IMG/VR virus record: IMGVR_UViG_3300025646_005470
Source: a virus
Length of the DNA stretch: 64,000 bases
Strand: one strand, 5' to 3'
The translations under genes were made by a program, and so were the position numbers. Below are positions 37,464-48,000 of the stretch, one piece after another. Below the pieces are notes generated by a model. The model had not been told where the DNA came from and searched no databases. It saw nothing but the letters and a program-made list of their open reading frames with translations. How positions within the stretch are numbered: the stretch's first letter is position 1; every line of letters starts with the position of its first letter.

Positions 37464-37492
37464 AGTATACACTTAAATTATGAATTTGTCAA
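37464..37492 (-). promoter_or_regulatory. sigma70 promoter TTGACA-N17-TATACT for the glycosyltransferase/radical SAM operon
   Basis: TGTCAA 37487-37492 and AGTATA 37464-37469. Confidence 0.85.
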
Positions 37493-37502
37493 ACGAAAAG
37501 TC

Positions 37503-37530
37503 AAAAAAATAGGGCGTTGCCGCCCTATTT
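37503..37530 (-). terminator. Rho-independent terminator
   Basis: AAATAGGGCG-GCAA-CGCCCTATTT followed by a U-tract on the - strand. Confidence 0.9.
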
Positions 37531-37554
37531 TATAATTTAATATTAAATTAGTTA

Positions 37555-38493
37555 TTACGCACTAACTTCTGTAGTTGTTGAGAACGTTGGGTTAGCAACT
37601 TGTACATAAGAGGCGTTGTCCGCTCTTAGTGTAGTAATTGTGCTAGTTAACGTACCATCAACTGCATCAGTACCAGTCCAACCAGCACCTTCGTTTGGAG
37701 CAGTACCTAAACCGCCACCAGTGTATGTACCAGTTGCCGCCGCGTGGTCATCATTAAATTGAACTTCAAATGTAATAACAGTTGCTGAACCGTAGGCCGC
37801 ATTGGCTTTTGCTAAAATTGTCCAATCGTTTGCTGAGTATGAACCAGAACCAGTTGCTGTAAAGATTTGTTGATTTGTAATTGTTAAATCATCAAAACCT
37901 ACTGCCGCCGCTGTTCCACCTGAACCTGTATATGTTGTTGCACCTTCGGCAAATTTTACTGTACCTGCATTTGATAACAAGTTAGTCCAGTTAGTGTTTT
38001 GATCTGTTGAAGAACCACCCGAACGTGATCCAGCAAATCTAATTTCACCACCTGAGTTAAAAAAGTGTCTTGCCGCGTTTGCTGATGCAAACGTTACTGT
38101 AAAGATGTGCTTAACTGTGCCTCCCCAAGAAGTTGCTCTTGTTGAAGTTACACCAGTGTCAGTTGCCATATTCGCCGCATTTGCTGTTAGTTTGTTAGTT
38201 GTAATTGTTGTGATATCTGTCTCTAAGTTAGATAACGGAAGGATGTTACCGCCTTGTGTCACTGTATTCGACGCATTAGTAATTGTTGAACCTTGATGGT
38301 TTGCCGCTTTTTGCAAACCTGCAAGTAAACTATTCCATTGTGCCGCAGTAATTGTGTCACCTGCTGAGATCGTCGCGATTTCACTCAACCCGTAACCACT
38401 ATCACCAGAGCCAGTACCAATAATTGTGTTTACATTACCAGCGAATGTGTTATATTCACTAGTTGTAATTGTATCACCTTGTTGGTATGCCAT
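37555..38493 (-). CDS. Virion structural protein (T/G/S/A-rich fibre or decoration type)
   Basis: Internal repeat GDTITxxxxN; own late promoter (38597-38603), strong SD and own terminator. Confidence 0.65.
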   Translation of the reverse strand: MAYQQGDTITTSEYNTFAGNVNTIIGTGSGDSGYGLSEIATISAGDTITAAQWNSLLAGLQKAANHQGSTITNASNTVTQGGNILPLSNLETDITTITTNKLTANAANMATDTGVTSTRATSWGGTVKHIFTVTFASANAARHFFNSGGEIRFAGSRSGGSSTDQNTNWTNLLSNAGTVKFAEGATTYTGSGGTAAAVGFDDLTITNQQIFTATGSGSYSANDWTILAKANAAYGSATVITFEVQFNDDHAAATGTYTGGGLGTAPNEGAGWTGTDAVDGTLTSTITTLRADNASYVQVANPTFSTTTEVSA

Positions 38494-38620
38494 ATTTATT
38501 TTTCTCCTATTGCAATAGTATTGTTAGCTTTTTTTATAGTCTTGCAAGGACTTTTCTTGTTTGCATTTGACATACAAACAAAACTTGTAAATGCTGTATT
38601 TATTATTAAGTTCATAAATC

Positions 38621-39697
38621 TTATCCGTATACAGCCAGTTTGTTAAATGTTCTCCAACCTGCACCATTATACATTAATGAAAGTTGTTGTGCAGTTTGAT
38701 TTAATGTTAAATCTGATGTTGCACCGTCAATGGTGTTACCATTTCTAGAAACTGTACAAGAATTTGTACCCCACTGATGATGTGAATCAACTACCGTTAC
38801 TACATCGCCTGCACTCGGCGCCGCTGGTAACGTAACTGTTACTGGGCCTGCTGTTGTATTAACACCCAATTGTGTACCAACACTTCCTGAACCAACAGTT
38901 GATGATGTTGATATAATTTGAAAATTTCTTGCTGAGTTAACGATAACTGTTTGACCCGCAGTACTTAAACTGTCTGCTTCAACACCTTCAGAGACTAAAT
39001 TATCTTGAACGTTAGCACCACGTATTAGTGTACCTTGTGTTGATATTTCTGTTGATGAAACTGTAATATTTGCAGTAAATGTATCATAAATTGCTTGTTC
39101 TACTGAACCTGGATTACTTGGATTAGCAAAACTAAAATGTGCTGGTGACCAAACTTGAATTACATCTTTTGTTGTGCCGTCTCCTTTAGTTAAAACTTGT
39201 GCAATAACTTCAATTGAATCTGATGCTGAATAACCGTTTGCATTTGAGACATTGTCGTCAACTTGCGTTGCTGTTAAACTAATAACTTCAGAAGATGAAC
39301 TTTCTGATGCTACTGCTAATTGTTTATAGCCACTGCCTGTACCATCTGAATTAACATTTAGTTGTCCTGTTGTAGTGTTAAACCATAATGCACCGATTGT
39401 TGTTGTGTGTGGATATGTTGCACCTACGTGTACAGTCATTGGGTGCCATTGTGTTGATGAATTATAAACTTTTAATGATTGATTTGTTGTATCCCACCAA
39501 AGTTGTCCTTCTAGCGGACTAGTTGGTGCTGAAGCATTAGCACTGTTTTCTAAAATTTTTACAAAATCTTCTGCGATAAGCTCACCATATCCTGTATAGT
39601 TTTTACCAATAAGTGTAATACCACCAACTGATGCTGTTGTACCATTATTAACAGTTGAAACAACTGATCCTCTGGTATTATTTACTGTATATGACAT
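38621..39697 (-). CDS. Tail fibre-like protein
   Basis: LIGKNYTGYGE..AEDF..ILEN.AN..AP..PLEGQLWWD; C-terminal TVTLPAAP..GD...NGNTIDG module. Confidence 0.7.
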   Translation of the reverse strand: MSYTVNNTRGSVVSTVNNGTTASVGGITLIGKNYTGYGELIAEDFVKILENSANASAPTSPLEGQLWWDTTNQSLKVYNSSTQWHPMTVHVGATYPHTTTIGALWFNTTTGQLNVNSDGTGSGYKQLAVASESSSSEVISLTATQVDDNVSNANGYSASDSIEVIAQVLTKGDGTTKDVIQVWSPAHFSFANPSNPGSVEQAIYDTFTANITVSSTEISTQGTLIRGANVQDNLVSEGVEADSLSTAGQTVIVNSARNFQIISTSSTVGSGSVGTQLGVNTTAGPVTVTLPAAPSAGDVVTVVDSHHQWGTNSCTVSRNGNTIDGATSDLTLNQTAQQLSLMYNGAGWRTFNKLAVYG

Positions 39698-39786
39698 AGT
39701 GTCGCTCTCCTTATATTGTAGTACAATATATACTACTTAGTTTATATTTATAATAATATTACAATTTGAGTACAAAAAGCAAGAAA

Positions 39787-40431
39787 TTATTGTAGTTGAA
39801 CTCTAATTGTGTATACAATTTCAATAACCCTGTTCAAACTCTTTTGTACAGGGTGAAAAATCACATGGGTAAGCAAATATTCACTGCTAATACCATTAGA
39901 ATTGTATGCATAAATTCCTAGTTCATCAAATATATAATCTGTTGATGAATCTGATGTTGCTGTGTCAGATGTTGCTTGAGCTGATGGCTCACCAAAATCT
40001 AACGTACATGTTATCTGTAAATCTGTGTATGAACTCGAACTTGTAACAATACTAACATTGTTTTTGCTATCAGTGGTTGCACTTTGACCAATTAGTTTTT
40101 CATAAGTTTTGTTGTACAAACCTGCTGAATCATCTCTAATTGTACCTGTGTTTGTGGTTTTATAGTTGATTGCTCCAGTGTTTAGTACATCTGAACCACC
40201 ATTACCAAATGCCATATGATAGATGCCATTGTTTTCTGTTTGCCAATAAGATAGTGCATTTGCTATAACAAACGCCATGTTACCAAAGTGGATTGCGTTG
40301 CGTTTGTTTACTAGTTCTTCGCCAGTTTCAGCATCTCGAATCAGCAAGTGTCCTTGCATTTTTACTCTAGCACCTTCATCTACGTGCTGGTCTTGTTGCT
40401 TGTCTGTTTCTTTGTTCATGTGTTTTTCCAT
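39787..40431 (-). CDS. Baseplate/tail structural protein
   Basis: GHLLIRDAETGE.LVNKRNAIH, MAFGNGG, FDELG, LLTHVIFHPVQKSLNR; in the late cluster. Confidence 0.55.
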   Translation of the reverse strand: MEKHMNKETDKQQDQHVDEGARVKMQGHLLIRDAETGEELVNKRNAIHFGNMAFVIANALSYWQTENNGIYHMAFGNGGSDVLNTGAINYKTTNTGTIRDDSAGLYNKTYEKLIGQSATTDSKNNVSIVTSSSSYTDLQITCTLDFGEPSAQATSDTATSDSSTDYIFDELGIYAYNSNGISSEYLLTHVIFHPVQKSLNRVIEIVYTIRVQLQ

Positions 40432-40464
40432 ATTAACTTATATTATATTTATGTATTTTATAAA

Positions 40465-41475
40465 CTACCCATATATTGCTGTGTTGAAACCCATATATGT
40501 TACCCACCCTGATCCGTTCCATAATAATCCAACACTTTGACCACTAGTAGCAAGTATTAGATTTGATGCTACTCCGTTAATGGTGTTACCATTTCTACCA
40601 ATTGTTAAGTTGTTTGTACCAAAGTAATGCCCAGCATCAATAATCAATATTGATTGACCTGTAGCCGCAGTTGACGGCAATGTTACTGTTAATGGTGAAC
40701 TGTTTGTATTAAATGCATACTGTTCACCAGCAGTCATAGTAATACCAGTACTACTAACATTAAATGATTTTTGAGGATCAATTTGCCATTTAAAACTTGT
40801 AGATGGATGATCGTAATATAAAACTTTTCCGTTATCTGCAGAGGTAACTGCCGCAACGTCTGTGAGTGCTGTTAGTGTTGCAGTAAATGAATCTGCTTTC
40901 CATTTGAAACTTGTTGTTGAGTGATCATAGTATAACACTTTACCATCATCGCCTGCTACTACATTATCAACATTTGCAAGTGTTGTTAAACTTGCATTAC
41001 CAATTCTAGTGTCCGCTCTTGCATTAGTAAAATATAAATTTGTAGAACCTTCTGATAAACTGTCTGTGTTTAGAGCACTAATTCTTGCATCTACTCTTGC
41101 ATCAGTATAATACAGTCTTGAACCTTCTGATAAATTAGTTGTTGACTTTGTAGCCAGTCTTGTATCAAAATCTGCGTTAGCTCTTGAACTTGTATAGTAT
41201 AATTTTGTTGGTCCTTCAGCAATATCATCTGACGTTTTTGTTGCAAGTAAACTTGTAAAATTAGAACTAAACCCGCCTGATAAATCACCTGATGTAAGTG
41301 CTTTAAGTTCTATTTTACCAGTTGAGTTATTATAAAATAAAAATTTACCATCGTTGCTACCTATCCATTGTGATTGTGAAAATTTATCACGGAATGTGGT
41401 GTAATCAACAAAGTTGTCATCTAGTTGATCGTATGTTAATGCTGTTCCTATAGTTCTTCTGAGTGTTACTGTCAT
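40465..41475 (-). CDS. Tail fibre-like protein with EGxxLY repeats
   Basis: Shares repeats with 1249-3564 and the C-terminal module with its neighbours. Confidence 0.7.
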   Translation of the reverse strand: MTVTLRRTIGTALTYDQLDDNFVDYTTFRDKFSQSQWIGSNDGKFLFYNNSTGKIELKALTSGDLSGGFSSNFTSLLATKTSDDIAEGPTKLYYTSSRANADFDTRLATKSTTNLSEGSRLYYTDARVDARISALNTDSLSEGSTNLYFTNARADTRIGNASLTTLANVDNVVAGDDGKVLYYDHSTTSFKWKADSFTATLTALTDVAAVTSADNGKVLYYDHPSTSFKWQIDPQKSFNVSSTGITMTAGEQYAFNTNSSPLTVTLPSTAATGQSILIIDAGHYFGTNNLTIGRNGNTINGVASNLILATSGQSVGLLWNGSGWVTYMGFNTAIYG

Positions 41476-42020
41476 TATCTAGTTCTCCAAGTTGTACCAT
41501 CATAAATTGCTGTTAGTACTCCACCGGTTGGATTTGAACTAACTGTAAGATTACTTGTTGCACCATCTATAGTATTTCCATTTCTTCCTAATATTAAGTT
41601 ATTAGTAGCAAATGACGTTGCTCCATATGTAAATTCAATTGTGTCTCCGGAATTTGGTGATGCTGGTAATGTTGCAGTTACTTGACCACTAGTGGTATCA
41701 ACAAGATATCTAGTAGCCACACCTGCATTAAAGTCTGCTGTTTGTACTGAAAAACTATTTGATGCTGGATCACCGGCAAATAAAGCATTAACAAAAGATT
41801 TGTCAACAACTGCTGTAATCCTTACATCGATTTCTGTTGTTAATGATTTAACTTCAACTGCTGAATTTGAATCATTCCAGTATAATACAAGACCATTGTT
41901 ACCTGTTGTAAATGTGGTTGTATCGAACAATGCTTTAAATGTTTCATAATCAGTAAAATTACCATCAAGTTCTATATGGCTTAGTGCTGATCCTTTAACT
42001 AATCTCTTTGTAATCGTCAT
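41475..42020 (-). CDS. Short tail fibre-like protein
   Basis: KGSALSH.ELDGNF N-terminus and TATLPASP..GD..NGNTIDG C-terminal module. Confidence 0.7.
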   Translation of the reverse strand: MTITKRLVKGSALSHIELDGNFTDYETFKALFDTTTFTTGNNGLVLYWNDSNSAVEVKSLTTEIDVRITAVVDKSFVNALFAGDPASNSFSVQTADFNAGVATRYLVDTTSGQVTATLPASPNSGDTIEFTYGATSFATNNLILGRNGNTIDGATSNLTVSSNPTGGVLTAIYDGTTWRTR

Positions 42021-42046
42021 AATTTCTACCTATTCCTTAATATTTA

Positions 42047-45000
42047 TCATTCCACATAATCTGTATCCATATATGTATCTTGTACATAATCTACTAGATT
42101 TTCGTTGTTTGTTAAATAATTAGCTTGTTCAGTGCTACTATCAGTTAATGTAACACCACTATCATTCCAGAAGCCTTTTGTACCAGCATTTGGTATATGT
42201 GTGTTACCACTATATACTTCTGTTGCGTCAGCATGATCTTGTACAGTAGTACCATGTGTTCCACGAATAATATCGCTCAACACGTTGCCAGTAACTTTAC
42301 TGTATTCAATTCTTTCTGTGCCAATCCATATCACACCAGGTTTATCTGTTACAATGTTATCAATTTGATTTACAATTTGTTTTGGTGTTGGTAATTTAGT
42401 TGCATCAGTTACTGTAATTATGTTTGATGCTTTGTATATTGCACCGTTTAATGTTGTATGGTCATCAGTTGAATCTGCTGTATCATCATCTACAAACTTA
42501 TCTCTTAGATATTCTACAGTTCCGTATGGTGCATAGTGTACTTTGTATTGTATAAAGTCACCACTGCCAACATAATTTGGAGAAGAACCTGTAACACCAT
42601 CATATGATTTAACAGTGATCATTAATGACTCTTTTGGAGTAACTGGTGCAAGTTCTTCTGGATAAGGATCATGTTGCGGTCTTGCAAATCCTGCCGAGTC
42701 AAGTTGTGATTGTACCAATATCCATTTACCTGCATCATAGTCAGTTTCAAAACCTGTTGCTGAATTTGTAGAAGTATGATTAACATTTGTATAATAAATT
42801 AAATCAGTAATCAAATCCCAACGTGAAGTTTGTAGTGTTGTTTCACTTGCTAAATTTTTGTGGGTGACATTTGCTACATAAACTTTGTCATTGTGTTTAA
42901 CAATATCACCTACTGTGTAACTTGTTGCTACATCCCATGCATCTATGTGAGACAAATCAGTATGCTTGACAAAAGTATTTTTTGTGTATGAAACATTTTT
43001 AGCCCAAACATTTGACTGTTGAACAAATTTTGAATCATACCAATTTTGCACTGTGTCAAAATCATATCTCATAGTAGGATTTGTGCCAACTGCTGTTGCA
43101 TCCCAATCTAAACTGTCCCAAGCAAAAAATGTTAGTTCTTGACCAATTCTGTCTCTGTTAACTTTAAACCCAATTGGTTGAATATCTAAATCTTTGTAAT
43201 AACCAATTTTATCAGCAAGTGTTGACACAAAAGAACTTACTGCCGATGCGTTTGCTGTATCAAGTGCGGCAAGTTCTGTTGAGTAATAATATTTTGCTAG
43301 TCTATCAACATGTGTTGTAGTTGGTGTTGATGATTTAACTGCATTAATTTTTGTAACATCTGAGGCTTCAGTAGTTGGTTCAAAGTTCGTATGTTGCCAT
43401 TTACCTGATTCTACGTCATCAACAAATGTTCCAGCAGTGTGATTTTCAGTACACTGCCAATAACCACCATTGTATTTTACTTTAGTTCCTGCTGTGTAAG
43501 TTGCAGAAGTTGTCCAATTATTGATAACATTTACACCCGGGGACACTAAAGTTATAGATGTACTTACTCTATCAAATACTAGTTTTGTATTAACTTTTGG
43601 TGTTGGGTTTGTTGTACCGGTACCATTTGAACTTAATATATAATCACTTGAGTTTGTAAAGTCACTCATTGCCATATTAGCATTTTCTCTTACAGGAGAT
43701 TTTTTACTTAAAAAATTTCTAATCTTAGAACGATATGGTTTTGCTTCTTCAATATATGATTTAATATCATTAAACGGATCTTTTTCAAAAGATGCTTTTT
43801 GTGTCAATGCTGTGTCTTGTTGTATTACATTCATGTATGTTGACTTAAACAACCAATCAACATGTGTTTGTTCACTATTAACATATCTAATCATAGCAAA
43901 CAACAATTGGTTTTGATATTTTAAGTTTTGTGCAATTAACACATTGTCTTTTAGTGCTTTAATATAAGCACGAAGTTCTGTAGCCATTGCAGTTGAGTCT
44001 GATTCTGTATATACTGTTGTTTTTAATTTTGCTGTTGCAGTTTGTAAACCAATTCTTACTAGTGATAAATTTGTAGAATCATATGTTGTTGTAGTTCCTG
44101 CAAGATAATCTGCATCAGTATATTGCCACAATTCCCATTTAGAATTATAACCATTGTTAACTTTTATTATATCATTTTCAGATAATACACTTGTATCTAT
44201 ATCAACATAGTAATCTACAATACGATCTATAATAGTATTATCACTGTATGAGGTATTATAATACCAATTTGTTTTTTCATAATAATTTGCAGTTGTTAGT
44301 GTATTATCCCATCCAAAGTGATTTACATCAAGATTTATTGATGTTGTTATAGAATTTAGTGCTTCATATAAAACTTTTCTTGCATTTTTAGAATTAGTAA
44401 ACCAACTTTGTCTTGGTCTTACTTTATTACCATATCTATCATTTAACGATAATGAAGTATCAGGAACTGTTGCGCCAGTTTGATCATAACCAACTAAACT
44501 GTCAACCATTTTATTCCAAATTTGATTTTGGATTGGAGAACTTGGATAGTCTTCTTTGATCAATAGCCACTGTGCATGTTTAGAATTTGTTTTATCATCG
44601 CCATTGCGTTTTCTATAGTTTAATTGTAGTACTGTATTTTCTTTTGTAGTATAATCTAATACATTTGCAATTGAAATAGCGTTTTGTGAAATTGGTGCAA
44701 AATAATTTAATCCTTGCGTGATTGGAGATGTAATAACATTTGCCACTGTTGCTGTATCGTTAGTTCTACCCTCTAATGATGGAACTGTGGTTACATTTTT
44801 AACCCAATAGTAATATGTAGTAGTTGTTGTTTGTGTTGATGAATTAGTTACAACTTTAGTTGAATATTCTGTTGTTGACTTAACTGTGCCTGTACCTAAA
44901 TAATTTGTTGGTGGTTGTGATGATGACACCCATTCATAAATGTCTACTGTTGCCCCTGGAAATAATCTACCCCAGTACGTTCTACGATATGCATTATCAT

Positions 45001-48000
45001 GTGATTCATAATCAATATATCTTGCTGTTGATAAATCCCACCAAACTTGTCCAACATGTTTATCAGTCCATGGTTTGCTTGTACTGATTTGATTTGTGTC
45101 AGAATGATTGTTATACACTGCTGGATCTATTTCTGATTTATATTCTATTTCTCTATCAGCGTTAGGTGGTAATATACCTTTTGCAGGATCATAAGGTACA
45201 AGTGTTAAACTAACATTGTTTGTTCTATCATCATATAATACTGCTTGTTCAAACTGTTCTGTAATAATTTTATCTGACTGTCTACGTTTTGTACTTGCAA
45301 AATAACTTGCTGTAGTTTGAGTAGCATCATCATAATCAACACCACTGTGTAATATCCATGTTCCGCCATATGCTGGAGATACTGCTGTGCTTTCCGTACC
45401 ACGTATGGTATTATATGTTGACATGATTGTTGCATTTGCAGTGTATCTATAAACTCCCCACTTACCAGTTGAATCATCATCTAACCAAACAAGATCCCCT
45501 TCAGACCATACTGCCGAGTTTAACCCTGTGCCAGTTAAAAAGTTTTGTAATGTTCCACTTACAGTAGTAGATATCATAGAACTATCTAACACACTGTTTA
45601 GTCTTACGTCTTTCCAATCAAGCAACTGTATACCACTTGCATTTATTGTTGTGTTATCTGCTGTGGTTACGTATTCTGCTGTCCCATCTGCTTTGGTAAT
45701 GTCATACTGTTTTGATGTATAGTTTAGTGTTAGTGTAATAGCACCAGCTGTTGCTGATGATACAGAAACATTTGCTCTTACTGTTACATTTGCATTATCT
45801 GTTACTGAACCACTTGCTGAAATATTTGATGAAGCAATTGATTGTAAGTTAGCAGTTGGAACTGTGTATAATGTTGTAGCAGAAACACCGTCCCATGATT
45901 CTATAACCACAGACGGTGCTGTACCGTCCCATGCTGTGGTTACATTAGCAGTTAAAGTTCCAAGTGCATGGACCTTAGTTAGTTGAGAGTTTAAATTTAC
46001 AATGTAGTTTGATTTTGTATCATTTACTGTAATACTACCTGTGGCGGTTGATGTAATACCCGAACTGAATCCTTGATTAAGAAATGTTACAGCATTGTAA
46101 CTTGGCACATTTATTGCAGTTATTACTCCGCTAGTAACAGTTATATCACTAGATGCTATAATTATTGTAGACCCATCTGATTTTGAAATTTTTATTGTTG
46201 GAGATTGATAGTTTGTGCCGCCGCCTGTTATAATTAAATCTTGTATTTCACCAAACACTCCGCTTGTGCCTGAACCAGTAAATGTAAATGTAGGGGCTGT
46301 GTAATCTACTCCAAGTGTTTTTGCTGTACCACTTGAATCTGTAACTGTAAATCCATTTGGTGCCGCTGAATAATTTGAACCACCACTGTTAAGTGTTAAC
46401 AATGTAGGTGCTCCACCTGTTTCAGCATCAACTGTTGCCGATGCACCACTACCAGTTGTACCTGTAAATGTAATTATATCTCCCACAGCAAAACCAGTAC
46501 CTCCTGTTGATGTAACTGTAGCCACTGAACCTGCAATATTTCCTACAGCCAATGATGCACCACTACCTGCCACATTCGCAAATGGTATTGTTACTGTTGG
46601 AGGGGTTGGTGTTGAAGGATTTAATGTTAGTGTGTGCGTTCCCCACGCTGTTGGATCAATTACTAAAGTACCATCGCCATCATATGTTTTGTGCAGTATA
46701 ACTTTTTTGCTTGAACCAATTGTTGCACCTGTGCTATCGACAGTAACCTTCATAGCAGTATTGGCATCACCGTAAGAAATTACATTGTCAATTTTTGTGC
46801 CTAGATCATATAACTTATACACATTCCAATCTTTACCACCTTGAACATCTTTGGCTACCCAAACAGTTGATCCTATTGCTACATTACCTGTTTGTGAACC
46901 GTAGATATTATCTAATGCAGTTGAATCATATGCTTGATATGTTGAATCATCCCAATGCACATAACCTGCACTAGGTATATTTGATGTTACTGTTGCAGTT
47001 GTTGGCCATAGATTAGCAAGAGTTTTTTCACCATGTGGTTTTTTCAACCAACGAGTAGTATCGTCAATGTCTATGGTTACAGTTTCATCTGTTGTAATAT
47101 CATACCCTGCTGTTGCAACACTATCAGTTGGTAAAACAAATTCAAACATTAAAGGATCAGTAACAACATCTTGAGCTTTCAATCTTACTTCAATTTGTTG
47201 ATTAAAGTTTGTTGAACCAAACTCACCAACTTTAAATGCCCATTCTTCATATGTATTAAACGATTGATCTGTGCTCACTGTAGTTGAACGTAATAACCGA
47301 TCAATAGCATTTGTTGTACCTTTTTGTTTGATCATACCTTGATATAATTTAACTTGATTACGTTTTGATATACCAAGATTTGTTAGATAATCTCTTTCTT
47401 GATATCCAATTAAATGCATCGCCGCATTTCTAAAATCAGTATCAACTTTTTCAGCATCAACGTCATATAGATATCTAGTATCAGTTACAGATTTTTCAAA
47501 GTTATTAATTAGTGTAGTGTTATTAATAATAAAACCGTCTGCTTCAAGTTTACCATTCCAGTTGTTAGTTCTTACTGTTGATATTTTAACACGTGGTTGT
47601 CTTTGTGCCAACAATGTGTTGTAAATGGTATCATTAAAAATTGTATTATTGTTTATAGTAATAGCATGTTCTATTTCTTTTACAAATAATCTTAAACCAT
47701 ATATACCAATTCCATTTTTATGAGAAACAGTAACCTGATCATCATCTCTAATAACTGATATGTTTTTTGAATCTAATCCAAAACCTTCTTTGTTTAAAAC
47801 ACTATACGCACCATTAATTATGTTTGCTAAACTTTGAACTACACCAGTGGTTGGTTTAAATTTTATTTGTGATGCACTTGGACTTAGAGTAATATAGTCA
47901 CCTTTTTGCCATTTTCCTAAACTCCAGAATAAAAATTCTTTTGCTGAATAACGCCAGTCCATTTGTTCGCCAAGGTCAACATTATGATTATCAAATATCC

